NCBI GenBank assembly: GCA_051362555.1 | Contig: CM120641.1 | Span: 12,648,001-12,712,000, forward strand | Reading direction: 5' to 3' | Length of the DNA: 64,000 bases | DNA from: Lingula anatina | Taxonomy: Eukaryota; Animalia; Brachiopoda | Shown here: piece after piece, positions 26,098 through 41,000 of the stretch | Layout of the letters: each line of letters starts with the position of its first letter | Numbering within the stretch: the stretch's first letter is position 1 | Made by a program: the position numbers and the translations under genes | The notes under the pieces: generated by a model | What the model was told of the DNA's origin: nothing | Databases searched by the model: none | What the model saw: the letters and a program-made list of their open reading frames with translations, nothing else

Positions 26098-29000
26098 AGT
26101 ATCAAGTCTTGGAGTAAAACTTTTAATTCATTCAATTTTTTATTTTTTTAGGTGGGGAAGCACCTGAACTGGTGGAAAAAATAACAGACATGGCTGTAAT
26201 TTCCCCTGAGCCAGCCACCCTGAAGTGTAAGATCTCACCAGGAGAGCCTGAGCCTGAAATCAAGTGGTTTAAGGAGGGCAAGGAACTCCAGACAGATGGA
26301 AAATACAAGACTGAGTATAAGAACAACACTGCCACCCTGGTTATCAATGATACTGAACCTGCTGATGCTGGGAAGTACAAGTGTGTGGCCACCAATGCCT
26401 TGGGCAAAGTGGAGAGTGTTGGAGAACTCAGGGTACAAGGTGGGTGGGTTAGTTGTAGTAGAATAGATATGGGGAGCTTGATGTTTATGATCAAATGCAA
26501 GAAAAATCTCAAAAATATTTAATGGGAATATAAATGATTCAAAAATTAGATCTCAATTGTAAAATTTTATTTGAAATTTTACAAAAAGAATCAGTGTTAC
26601 ATTTGAACTTAATTTTTACCTTTTTATTACTCAAGTAAATTATACATGTCATTGTTCTAATAGTAATATGTATTTACGTCATGCAATATTTAGCTGATTT
26701 CTTATGGTAATTACTATTTCAGTGCCTCCCAAACTAGATTATGACAACAAATTGCGTGAACCTCTGAAGGTGAAGGAAGGAGGATCAGCCACACTCTCAG
26801 TGGACATAGATGGCGTTCCAGAACCCAAGATCACATGGTTACATGATGGCAAACCAGTAGAGAAGTCTCACAGACTTACAGTACAGACAAGAGATGGAAC
26901 ATCAACATTAAATCTCAAAGGACTGACAAAAGAAGATGGTGGAAAATATTCTGTTGTTGTAGAAAATGATGTGGGCAAAGATACAGCAGACTTTGAGGTC
27001 ATTATTACAGGAAAACCCTCTGCTCCTACAAATCTTCAAGTGAAAGAAACCAATAAGAATTATATCACTGTCACCTGGCAACCACCAGAAAGTGATGGTG
27101 GCTCCCCAATCAAGGAGTACATAATTGAAAGAAGAGATGCCTCCAGACAAACTTGGACACAGGCAGGAACTGTAGGGGGCAGCACATTTGAATTCATGAT
27201 TACCAAACTACTGGAAGGCAACAAGTATTACATCCGTGTATCTGCCAGTAACCAATTGGGCACTGGGCCCCCAGCAGAGCTCAAGGAACCAGTCACAGCT
27301 AAGGTTCCATTTGGTAAGTGGTATATATATATATTTTTTTTATATATCTTGCTATGTATATGGTTTGCTTTGTTTTTACTATGTATGGGTTTTCACATTT
27401 TCTCACTTTGATCACTTTGTTGTGACTAAACTTTCATTAAAAACATTAATAATATATATGATGAAACAAGAACTAAAGTGTTGCTATTTCACCTGGAATG
27501 GTTGCAAACATTTTATCATATAAAAGGTATATAACATTTATCTGCATCCTGTTTAACATTTCATCATTTTCATTTTTGTACTGTTTAACTTTTAACATTT
27601 GAATATGGAGAAGTCATGGTCTGAATCTCTTTCCATATAAATTTATACCACAGAGACAAATAATAACTTAACTCAGCTAACTTATCAGGACATATAACTT
27701 CAAAATTAGGAGCTATACATCACATCCTCACCCTTATTGACAAATCAATGAGAATTATTTTATTAGAATTATTTTATGGAAGATTAACTTAAAGCAGCTA
27801 ACACATGAAGTCATGGTTTTGAACTAACCCTTTGCTTGTATTTGCTGTGGTTTCATTTTACACAGTAAAATCTTTGTTGACAAATCAATGAATATGAATT
27901 ATAATATTTTTTCGTCAAAGCAACTAACACATGAATTATCAATTCAGAGTAACCCTTTGGATATATTTGCTGTGTTTCACATTGTTCACTTTTACCTTTG
28001 CATGCCTCACAATCCATGTTATTAACCCTCAGATGTACCAGGACCCCCAGTAAACCTTGAAGTGTTTGAAGTGAGCAAGTCACACATAACCCTTGCATGG
28101 GATGCCCCAGAGAATGACGGGGGTGCTGATGTCAAAGGTTACGTCATTGAGCGTCGCGTGGCAACCAGTACTAAATGGATCAGAATCAATAGAAAGCTGG
28201 TTGACGATATAGAATATGACATCACTGATGTCAGGGAAGGTGTGGAGTATTGTTTAAGGGTGTTGGCAGAGAATGAGGCTGGGCTGAGTCAGCCCTCTGA
28301 GGAGCTGGGACCAGTGCTGGTCAAAGAGCCATTCGGTGAGGCTCTGCAATTTCAGAGATAAATGTACTAATAATTGCATGATTTGTTGTTCGGTGCAGTA
28401 ATTGATCAGAATTGCACCAGTTTGTGTATGATTTGAGAAATAATTGTACATGAAGAATTGTCATCATGTAAATGAAGTTTTTTTTTCGACAAATTTGAAT
28501 GGATTTATTGTGATTAAGAAATTACTTACAACTCAGTCAGTCAAGTAAATAAAACTAATAACACATAATTTAAATTAATAATGTTTTCATTTCTGAATAT
28601 CTAGACCCCCCAGATGCTCCAGCTGCACCTGAGGTGACTGACATCACAAAACGTACAGCAACACTGAAGTGGTCACCACCAGAAAAAGATGGCGGCAGCC
28701 CTGTGACAGGGTATGATATTGAGGTCAAATCTACTGTGAAGTTCCGCTGGACCAGCCTTAACCTGAAGGAACCAGACACAGTGTACACAGTGAAAGATCT
28801 GCAGCCAGGAGAGAAGTATGAGTTCAGAGTTCTTGCTGAAAACAAAGCTGGCCGCAGTCAGCCATCACCACCTTCTAGACAGATTGTGGCTGAGGACAGA
28901 ACAAGTAAGGAGAATATATTTCTATTTAACCAGCATAGAATTTCATTATTGGTTGTGTTATTTGTATGTATAGTCTACTTTGGTTAGTATTTAAGAGAGT

Positions 29001-32000
29001 CACCAAAACAGAGCTACAGCACAGATACCACCAATTAATCAACTAAAACTAAATAACCAAACTTGTGAAAGGGAGTAAAGCCCTCTGCAGTGTAATTACA
29101 TGTTAGGACCTGTCAAAGTGGAGTGGTCCAGTGAAGCATATTGTCTGATGTGAATAGAGTCTAAGTGCACGGGACATGATTTTCAAATATTTTTATTTGA
29201 GATTCAGTTACAAAGATTTTTTACATATTTAAGATGAAGTTAAACACTTTTGTCACTTGCAAAATATGTGTTCAATATCATCTCCTCTTATAGCTGGAGA
29301 GGCTCCTAGAGTTGTGGAACAATTGAAGGATGTTGCCGCAGCTGTTGGAGGGACAACTAAACTGGAGTGTCAGATATTTGGATCTCCAGAACCTCAAGTT
29401 AAATGGTAAGTGCAGTCCTAAAAGGAACCCATTTTTTATTGACTGCATAGATGTGAAGACGTACCAAATATGATACATCAAATACCTTTCATTCGTGTTA
29501 TTTGGCCAGCTCTGAATATTAGCATAGTGTTTACAACAATAGTGGTGTATTAAGTGTTTTAGACATTAAATGAGTATGTAAACAGCAATTTTGTTTTTGG
29601 CCCATTCTCACATCTAATCAACGAATTAGGTTGTACTTAAAACATTTTTGTGGGACAATAAAATGATCAGTATTTTAATTTCTAATTTATTTGTCATAAA
29701 AAGATCTGAAGATTGTTAACACTTCAACACTTCAATGTCCAGGAAAAAGAACAACAGAGAACTGTTACCAGGCAGGAAGGTGGCCATGAGCTATGTGGAC
29801 AGTGTGGCCACATTGACCATACTGGACACCACAGACTCTGATGCTGGGAAGTACATATGTGAGGCGTCTAACACTTTGGGTTTGGTATCAACCTCATGTG
29901 CAGTCTCAGTAAATGGTAAGATAATTTGTGGTGTTGTCAATATACATGTTTTAAATAATATTTTCATATTAATAAATAAACTAAAAGATTTGACAGTATC
30001 ATTTGATCTGTGACATGAGGTGCTATCATAATGATTTAGGGAATTTTTAGGTGATAATCATTATCATCTTGCCATTTACAGATTATGAACAGTTGTGCAT
30101 AGTTTGAAAAGTGTAAAGGGAACATTTTGCTCTATATTTTTCAAATAATAAAAAAGTAAACAGATTATCCATCTTATTATCATATAAAATGAACATAATC
30201 TGATCACCTAATATTTCAGTTCCACCAACAATCAATCTTGACCGCAAATTGCGCGATGGTCAGTCCATTAAGACCGGTGGCAGCCTCAAGATGTCTGCCA
30301 ACATTGGTGGCTCCCCAGCACCTGAAGTGGTTTGGCTCAAAGATGGTGAACCAGTTGTTCCAGATGGCAGAGTAGTGATAGAGAACACTGACTCCACATC
30401 ATCTCTGACCATAAGAAAAGCCAAGTTGGATGATGATGGTGAATATACCCTTCAGCTGAAGAGCCCAGCTGGGGAAGCCTCTGCTACTATCGATGTAGAG
30501 GTGGTTGGTAAGTAAAGATATCTCCATAAATTTCAAACAAAGTGAGCATTTTAATGAAGTAAAAAGCTATATTACTAATTGAGTTGGAAATGAAAGCAAA
30601 TAGTTTATTTTAGTTTTTTCCCAGTAGCATGCAGTTTGGTCCCATTTGATTAACATTTTAACAAAATTATTTTTAAAAATTACTCAACTCCAGATAAACC
30701 CCAAGCTCCAGCTGACTTCAAAGTGACCAACGTGTCCAAGGACTCTGTAAGCCTAGAGTGGACCAAGCCTAAAGATGATGGTGGTAAAGAGGTGACATCG
30801 TATATCATTGAGAGAAGAGATGCCAAGAGACCATCGTGGATGAAGGTAATTGATTAATGTTGTCAATTCCTATTTCTCTTCCTCCTCTTATTAAGCCATA
30901 TTGTAATTTATCTTTATGAGAATGAAAGTCCTACAATATTAAAAATATCTTGATATTTGCTTTTCTTAATGTGAATTATATTTTGACAATTTTTTGTGAA
31001 ATTGAAACTGTTGTTTTGCAATCTTAGGGTGCTCAAGTTCAAAGAAACCCAATATGGTGTATGATTTAAGACTTCACATATAATCTGTATTTGAGAGAGC
31101 ATGGTTTTCTTTGAAAAATAACAAAGATTTGAAAATAAAATATCATTTGTGATATAACATATGTATTTGCAACATAAGTTATATTATTATATTATTTTAA
31201 TGATTAATGATATTCCCTAATTAGGTTACAAGTGTCCCAGCCTCCAAGTTCAGTTACACTATCCCTAACTTGATCGAAGGCAATGAGTACTTCTTCCGTG
31301 TGTCAGCAGTCAATGACATAGGCACTGGAGAACCTGCCGAACTGGACTTGCCTGTACTGGTCAAGAGTGCATTTGGTAAGTTGTGTGCCTGTCATGACAT
31401 TGAAAATTCAGTATATTCTAAAATGACATTTTATATTACACAATGCACGATAAATGTGCACCGATGATGATGCCTTCATAAAAAAGTATATCAGTTTTCG
31501 AATCATTATTGCTGTATTTTTTGTCTTATTATAGTGATTAAGTTTTAATGACCTTTAGCTTTAATGTTAAAAATATGTATGACATATCACTAAACCAGTA
31601 AAATGTTGATCATTGTTTATTGTGATTATAATTTGTATGTTTTTGCATGAATCTGAGTGTATTTATTTAACTGTAAACGCTGCTGGTGTGTTATGATGCA
31701 TGCTTGTTGCACAACAGATATAACTGCTGAAAAGTTTGTGGAAAATAAATGACAGATTTTATGCATGTGTTGCAGTGAATGCAGTTTTAATGTGAAGTAC
31801 TTTCCCACGAGTGTGGTGTTGAGCACAATTATATTATCACTGGTTGTCAAACGATTTATATCCTTTGGCAGTGTGACATCTCACATTATAAAGCATACTT
31901 GAATATGCATACACATTGTTCCAATGGAATATATATAAAGTGTTGTAATACACAGTGTATCACTTTTCATGCATGTGCCTTGTGTGTGCCAAGGTTTGAC

Positions 32001-35000
32001 ACATGCATTATTTAAACCACCTAGGAATAAGTGTTGCCTGATTGTGTTTAGCATGATGAGAATTTCCATTGACCACCATATAGTCATGAATTGGTCACTT
32101 GCGATAGATATCACATGAAGCTACTGCCTTACAGATCTGTTGCCATTTGTCCAGTATTTGTTGAGATTTGCACCCATGACACATATACTGTCTGTAACTC
32201 AATTCTCATTTAGAAGTCCTAGTATAATATGTCTGATTGCTTCTCTCTCTATAGCATATTAGTACATATTACAGATTAGCTCTTCTTTTCCTGATGCACT
32301 TACGCTTGATGCATATTATTTGTTTGTTTTTTTGTTTTTAGCTTTTAACTATGCTGTATTAAGTGGGTGGATAAAAGAAAATGGACAGAACTTAAATTAC
32401 ATTTTTAATAAATTTTTTGAGTTATAGTTTATTTTCACTGCTTACTACAGCAGAGATGCTACCATGAAGTAGTGTATGTTGAAATATTGTTAAGTAATGA
32501 AAGAAAATTTTGGAGTTACTAAAATAAAAAGCCCCCTTCTTTTTTCCACCCAGTATATTCCATTTACTAACTGTGATATCTGACTTTTGCTCACCTTCTT
32601 ACATTGCCTACTCTTTGATCATAGGTTTTCTAGCAGTTTTCTACCCAGGACTGACTCTGCCTAGTGTATGTTCTCTGTTAATTTTGATATGTGCATTTCT
32701 GTACAAACTGTTACGTGCCACTGAATGTAGTGACACTTGGTTGGATTGAAGACTTTTTTGCATGTCAGCTGAGAAAATGATGATGGCATTTTGACTGATT
32801 GATACAGAAAGGTAAGATTAACAAAGATTTTTTTATGAACTAAAACATTTAATAATATTAATGCATCTGATATTAACTAAATTGCAATTGGTTTGGTTTG
32901 ATTTTTTTTTTTTTTTTTGCAAGATTTGAACCTATTTAAGTCCACCAGAAATATCCAATGCAGCCAGTTGATTTTCTAGTTAATCCCTGCATGGTTTGCA
33001 ATGCATTAAGTCCCATGAATAAGAAATATTTAGTTGTTTGCAAATGATTTGAACATTTGAATGTTGCCTGGCGTGATTATCCTTATATACAAATAGGTAC
33101 AGCATTAGTTTATTTTGAATATTTTTATTTGTCCATTCAACTCTTTATCTAATTATTACTTAGAAAAACCAAGCACTCCCAAGGGCCCTCTGGTCCTGAA
33201 GGACCTCACCCAGGACTCAGTTACACTACAGTGGCAGTCAGCAGATGGCACTGTTCTGAAATATGTGGTAGAAAAACGAGACTCCAGGCGCTACAGTTGG
33301 TCAGAAGTTGATGAAGTGCCTCCTGAAACCACTGAGTGTAAGGTGACAGGACTGAAGGAAGGAACACCTTATATCTTTAGAGTGTTTGCTGAGAACACAG
33401 AGGGCAAGAGCGCCCCACTGGAGTCTCAGGAACCAGTCACACCATCTGCAGGACCCCGTAAGTGCCTTTTTTTAAAGTGATTAGTACAGAAACTGAGAAA
33501 AAATATGTATATGATGCTTTATAGTACTTTGAGTTACAATTACTTTGCAAACTTTCAATATGTTGGCTCTTCTGTTCTGTGTTCACGGTTGTTCTTGGCA
33601 TTTAAAAAATACTTGAAATTTTGGATATTTATTCTCCACTGATCATGCTTTCAGAGCCTCCAAGCACACCAGTTGGACCAATTGAGTTCAAGAATGTCAC
33701 AGCAGAGTCTGTTTCCCTGTACTGGAATCCACCCATGTCTTCTGGAGGTTCTCCACTCCTCTCCTACACCATAGAACTCAGCATGGACGACAAGGAAAGC
33801 TGGATGGAGATAGTCACAGTAGATTCTACCATCACCAAGTGTCAAGTGGATGATTTGGTGGAAGGCGAGACATTCTACTTCAGGGTGTATGCCACTAATA
33901 AGTTTGGTAACAGTGCACCCCTGGAATCTGCTGCAGTGGTGCCTAGAAAAGGAATAGGTAGGTGTTGGCTCATTTCCTGTTTTTGTTTATTGTGTACATC
34001 AGCAATATCAAATTTGATTAAAAATATATTTGTTGGGTTAGATAAAGCACACGGCTGCTAAAGTGATTACATCAATGAGGTATATACTTGGATCTTAGAT
34101 TGCATTATACAAATGAAATAGTGTAGAACTTTATCCAAACAAATGAAGAATGTTTCCCAAACTTACAAAAAAATTTTTAAAAATCATTATTTGCTTAAAA
34201 TGGATAATTCAAATTATATTGTGATTTGCAGAACTTCCTTCGAAACCAACTGGACCAATTGATATCAAAGAGAAGACAGAGGACTCTGTAACAATAGAAT
34301 GGAAGCCCCCAGCTAACGATGGAGGTGCTCCTATCATTCAATATATAGTTGAAAAGCGAGATATTCAGAAACCAAAGTGGCAGAAAGCAGGCAAAGTTGA
34401 TGGGTCTGTCACAACAATGAACATTACAAGTTTAGTCAACAAGAATGAGTATTTGTTCAGAGTGACAGCAGAAAATGAGAAAGGATTGAGTGAGCCCCTG
34501 GAAATGGACAAACCTGTTCTTGTGGAAAGCCCATTTAGTAAGTCTGTATATTTGGTGGTTGTTGAGAAAATAATATTTCGTTTGCCAGAGAGGTGCTGAG
34601 AGAGAAAGCTAGTAGGAAAAATATTTATTTTTTTTATTATATGCATATTGAATTTTTAAGGTAGATGATATCAGTATCAAGTTGATATAAAAATATTTAT
34701 GATTTTCTGATATAGATCTTATTCCATCCCATCTTTCTAGCTGTCCCATCCATCCCAGTGGGTCCACTCAAAGCTGCTAACATCACAGAAGATTCTATGG
34801 AATTGTCATGGGGAGTCCCTGAAACTGATGGTGGTAAACCCCTAACTGCATATGTCATAGAAGCCAGGGAGTCTGGGAGAACATCATGGGGCAGAGTGGC
34901 CAAGATTTCACCAGAGAAGACTAAGCATGCAGTGAAGAACTTGGTGACTGGTAATGAATATCACTTCAGGGTGAGGGCTGTCAATGATGTTGGAGACAGC

Positions 35001-38000
35001 AAGCCACTGGAGATGGAAGATGGTGTTGTACCAAGAAGGAAAGCAGGTACATAAATGTCTTGTTAATCTTCAGATGTTGGCTTTGCTGTTAATTTGTTAA
35101 TTTTTGGATGGTTTGTTATCTCCCTTGTTAAATTTGTTCTATTAAAAATGATGTTGTATGTAAAATGCATATCTCCCTTGGTAGGTCCTCCTGCTGCCCC
35201 AGAGTCTCTGAGAGTGACCAGTGTGGACAAGGATAAGGCAACAGTAGAGTGGGCACCACCAGTGGATGATGGTGGCTCTAAGATCAAGGGCTTCAAGATA
35301 GAAAAGAAAGGAGACAAGGGCAGAGACTGGGAGATGGTTGCTTCAGTAGGACCAAAGGATACTTCACATACAATAACAGGACTACCAGAGGGGAAATCTA
35401 TGCTGTTCAGAGTTAGTGCTGAGAATGAGAAAGGAGTAGGAAAAGCTCTTGATCTGGAAAAACCAGTCACTTTGAAAGCCAAACAGAGTAAGTTTGTGAA
35501 TAAGGATACATTTACATAATATGAAAGTCAAACTGTTGGCATGATAATAAATTTTCATTTTTCTATTTAACTTTGTATTCCATGAGTATGTTGTATAAAA
35601 ATTGAAAATATACATTATTGTGTGTAAATTCATCCAAAGGCTGTATTCCATAAGAATGTTGTATAGAATTTGAAAATTGACAAATACCTTATAACCTTTA
35701 ATTTGCAATTTAAATCAGGCTGCCCAACAGCACCAACTGGTCCCCTGAAGGTCTCTGATATTCAAAAACAATCTGTGAACCTAACATGGCAGAAACCATC
35801 CTCAGACGGTGGCTCTCCCATAACTGCCTACATCGTAGAACAGCGCGAGGCATGGAGAACATCATGGAGCAAAGTGGACACACTGCGCCCCTCTGTTATG
35901 TCTCTGAAAGTTCCCAGACTAACTGAGGGAACAGAGTACAACTTCAGAGTATTGGCTGAGAATGCTGTTGGTGTGTCTGAACCACTGGAGCTTCTTGAAC
36001 CTGTTACACCAAAGAGTCCTTATAGTGAGTACCGGTTAATGAATGTTTTTCTGGTGTTATTATTAATAGTTAGATTTAGTTATGATATTTTGAATTTCTC
36101 ATTTGGTCTACATCACAAGTTCATAAAGCTGTGTTATAGTGCTCATTTACAAATTAAAAACTAATAATACAAACAGACCTGTATGAATATTTTTAATGGC
36201 AATTTTGATGTGTTGCTGGTGCAATCAATGCATTTATCTCTACTTCTATAACCCAATTTTAGCTGTGCCATCAGCACCAAGAGGACCCCTTGAAACTGCT
36301 GTTGTCAGTAAGAGTTCGCTGAAGTTATCATGGAAGCCATCTGAACAAGATGGTGGTCAACCGATCAAACACTATGTTGTGGAGAGGCGAGACAAGACAA
36401 GGACTTCTTGGGTACAAGTTGATAAAGTTAGACCAGAAAAATGTGAACTTGTTGTTCCAAACTTGTTGGAAGGCAATGAATACCAGTTCAGAGTTTTTGC
36501 TGAAAATTCTGAAGGTGCCAGTGAACCTCTGGAAACAACAAAGTCAGTGACACCAAAGAAACCAGCAGGTGAGCCTTTCAATTCTTTTCCCAAGGTGGAT
36601 ATCATCATTTGTTGAATGTTATATTGCCAACTCTGCAGTTGATTTCTGTAATGAAAATGGCTGTAAATATTATTATTATTATTATTATTAAAACATACAT
36701 GTAATTTTACTTTTTTTAATAAGTATGTGTAAGAAGATATTGTGGAATGAAAAGTGCACATCATTTTTTCTCTCAGCCAAACCATCTGCACCATCTGGCA
36801 AACTAAGAACCCCCAAAATTACCGAGAATTCTGTGATGTTGGAGTGGAGCCCACCTGTGGATGATGGAGGTTCCAGGATTCAGAACTACATTATAGAACA
36901 AAAAGACAACACCACTGGAAAATGGAACAGACGCGGGTCTGTAGAGGGTAGCACTGTTACATTCACAGTGCCAGATTTGGAGGAAGGCAAAGACTATAAC
37001 TTCAGAGTGCTTGCCAAGAATGATGCTGGCACTGGTCCAGCGCTGGAGACTGAAGCACCTGTTAGGACAAGGAAAGCTGTTGGTATGTTACAATAATTAG
37101 AGTTGTTGTAAAAGCAGATTTTTAGATATTGTTTTTACACTTATCCTAACTCATTTCTTGGAATTTCAATGAAACGGGTTACTGATATACTTATTTTGAC
37201 AATGCTTATGTGACCTTGTTGTATTCTATCAAAATTTTGTAAATGAAAATTTTGTTAGTGAAAAGCATTTTTGTTGCCTGCCACGATGTTTAAAAACAAC
37301 CACTGTATTTATATTATGTCTAGGCAAACCAGGCGCCCCTCAAGGCCCCTTGACACCCTCCAATGTGACCAAAGATTCAGTGTCCCTCTCCTGGCAGGCA
37401 CCAGAAGATGACGGAGCCAGTCCAATCACAGGCTACCTGTTGGAGAAACGTGACACTCAGATGCCGGGCTGGACAAAAGTGGACAAGATAAGACCTGATA
37501 AATTGACCCATAAGGTGACTGGTCTGATAGATGGACACAGATACCTGTTTAGGGTTTCAGCAGAGAATGTGAAGGGTATGAGCATGCCTTTGGAGATGAA
37601 GGAACCTGTCACAACTAAGAGTCCATATGGTAAGTGATTGGCTTATTGACATGTAATTTGCTTATAAATGCAGAGAGTATGTAAAATAAATACTCTGGGA
37701 TGAACTTCTACAGATTACTATTATATAAAAATTAGTGATTAATTTATTGCCTTTAAGTTATAACATGGTTGTAGTAAAGTTTTCAGCCTGTATTCTTTGA
37801 AATTTTAATTTAAGTCAGTATATTCAGTCAGTGAGACTTATAAATTACTAGACAACCCTTTGTAAAGCCTTGCCACTAAAGATAGTATATTTATATGAAA
37901 TATATAGCCACTCCATCACCTTTTATTCAATAGGTCCACCATCTGCCCCAGACAGTTTCTCAGTTACTGGTGTGACAGAGGACAGTGTGACATTAGAGTG

Positions 38001-41000
38001 GCAACCACCTGCCAATGATGGCGGCTCTTTCATTACTGGATACATCATCCATAAACGTGAGATCTCGAGGAGAACTTGGACAGAGGTAGACAAAGTGAAG
38101 GCCAGAGTGACCAGTTATACTGTACCTAGCCTGGTGGCAGACAAGGAGTATTTCTTCACAGTGAGAGCAGAGAATGTGGAAGGTGTTGGTGATGCTGCAG
38201 AGTTGGAGGAGCCAGTTAAAGTCAGCAAGCAGATGAGTAAGTCTGAAATTTGAAATATGTATTTAATCTTTTTAAGTTTGTAGACATGTTTATCTACAAA
38301 TATATTTGGGTATCACATTTATGATAGGTTATTATCCATATATTCTGCTTATAGAGTAAATGCAAACATAATAGAGTAAGTCTGTGTCAATATCCAATTT
38401 TACATATTCCTTTTTGTTGTGAAATTAAAATGAATACTTTTCATTATTATCAGACAGAGATATGAATAAGCTAGGCAATTATTTAATTCTGGATTCTGAT
38501 ATTTCTCTAGAACCTCCCTCAGAACCACTGAAGGTCCAAATCACTGGTATCTCCACTGACTCTGTTACTCTACAATGGCAGAAGCCAGCAGACTCAGGCG
38601 GTGCTCCAGTCACTTTTTACCATGTTGAACAGCAGGAGAAGACAAGAGACTTTCCAAGAGATGATCGCTGGGAAAAGCGAGGAATCGTTGACAAAACAAC
38701 ATTTGTATGCTTCATAGATAAGCTGGTTGAAGATACTGAGTACTTTTTCTCAGTGGCTGCTGAGAATGCTGCAGGAATTGGACCTAGAGTTGTTACTGAG
38801 CCAATTACACCAAGAAGACCAATGGGTAGGCTGAAATTTCAGTCTGAAATGTATTTTTCCAGATTTTACCTAATAGATGAATATAATGAATTTGATTTTT
38901 AATTGAAATTTAAAGGTAGTTCAGAGCTAAAATTACTTTCCATTCCATTAAAGGAGACTCATCCAATTAAATTTAGTATTCAAGTGTATTTCAAATTTGT
39001 GTTTTTCTTCTGTCCAGAAAAACCATTGGCTCCAGTTGGCCCTCTAGAAATATCCAATGTGACAGAGGACAGCATCAAACTGTCATGGCAGCCCCCGACT
39101 GACAATGGTGGATCAGAACTCACTAGTTACATTGTGGAGAAATGTGATGTGAAAAGAGGAGAGTGGTTCCGTGTCGCAAGAGTCAAGCCAAACTTCACAA
39201 CATCAGTTGTCCATGACTTGATAGAGGGAGTAGAGTACATCTTCAGGGTGTCAGCTGAAAATGAAGCTGGTGTTGGTCCACCTATTGAATCTGAGAAGAT
39301 TATTCCAAAGAGCCCATATGGTAAGATAAGAATTTAATATACAGGAAAAATATGTAGGAAGATATTTTTTCTATTTCATATGATAAACAGTACAGTCTTG
39401 TGGCAAAATTGTAAAATATTGCAACAGCTCAGGAATTGTAATAGTCTCTGGAAAAAAGGGTGAAGGATGTTTTAAATATGATAACTACATTTCTTTAATT
39501 TTATAGTTTGTCAAACACTGCCAGTTTAAGAATTAAATGATAGATTGATATGTGAATAAAAAATAATAAAGTTATATTTTCATTTAATCTGTCTTTAGGT
39601 CCACCTGGTCCTCCAGAGGGCCCAATTAAAGTCAACAAAATCACCAGCGACTCAGTCACCATTTCATGGAATGCTCCACTTGATGATGGAGGCTCTCTAA
39701 TCAAAGGATACATCATTGAGAAGCGTGACGCTGCCAGAAGGTCCTGGATCAGTGCTGGAAAGACCAAGGTCAAGGACATGACCTTCACCATAGATCACCT
39801 GATTGAGGGTAAAGAGTACTACTTTAGAGTCATGGCTGAAAATGGCTATGGTGTGGGAGAACCTCTGGGGACAGACTCTCCTATTGTCCCAGCCAAGGTG
39901 TTAAGTAAGTATGATGCCAATGCAGTATTGTAATATGTTGTATTTGATACAACATATGCCTAATCCAACAAAGGTCTCATTTCAGAATTTGAAACTCTAA
40001 TATCCATAAACAGGTGATATTTTTTTCAGGATCAAAAAGTTTCTCTGGAGTTAGTAAACTAGTTTTGTTTGATTCTTGCTTAGCTTACCAGTAATCAAAC
40101 TTCTTTCTTGTGCTACCTTAAAGTAGTCATTTCTGATACATTCTGATTCATTTTAATCCATTTATACTTCTTTGTAACATATTAAATATTTGAAGCTGAT
40201 GAATTGTTTACAAATTGTCAGTTTCTATAGAAAACTTGGTGTTTAGGGTAGATTTATTTCTTACTCGATTAAAAACTCTTATAACATTTTTCTCATCATG
40301 AAGTTTGTCATATCCCGATTGAGTCAAAAGTGAATTTTTTTAAATTCATACCTGATATCGTCAGTCTGCTTGTTTGTATATTTTCATCACCACAAAGCTT
40401 ATCCGTGTAAATGACAAACATCACTGTGAGTTTTAAAAAATGAAAATATCTGTGCAGTGCACAGTAAGGCTGACCCCCTTGGCTTACATGTGTAAACCCC
40501 AATTGCACTTTAAAAGCACATTCTGGGTCATGACAGCACATCATAACCTGAGCTTTAGTTTAGTGGCAATCTTTCCTTTCCTTTACCTCAAACTTGACCT
40601 CTTTTCTAGCTGCTCCTCAGCCTCCTGCTGCTCTGCGTGTCATGCAGACAACAAAAGACTCTGTGGTCCTGTCTTGGGACTTACCCCTGGACGATGGTGG
40701 CAAACCAGTTAAAGGCTATGTAGTAGAAAAACTAGGACCTGAGGCTAAAAATTGGGTTCAAATAGCTAAGCTCAAAGACAATAAAATCAAAATAACTGAC
40801 CTCACAGAAGGGGAAGAATATCTGTTCCGAGTGGCAGCAGAAAATGAAATAGGCCAAAGTGAAATGTGTGAACTAAGTACACCAGTTGTACCTCAAGATT
40901 TGAAAGGTAAGTAAGTTAGTGCTCCTGTTTGAGTGAGAGAAAAGTTTATGTACAGATGTGAATGTGGTGTTTTATTTTGAATATGAAGTGTTTTGACACA

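Noticed and set aside
3781-27985. Tandem repeats as a CRISPR-like array
   Set aside because: Eukaryotic introns, only two copies each, no repeat-spacer structure and no cas genes
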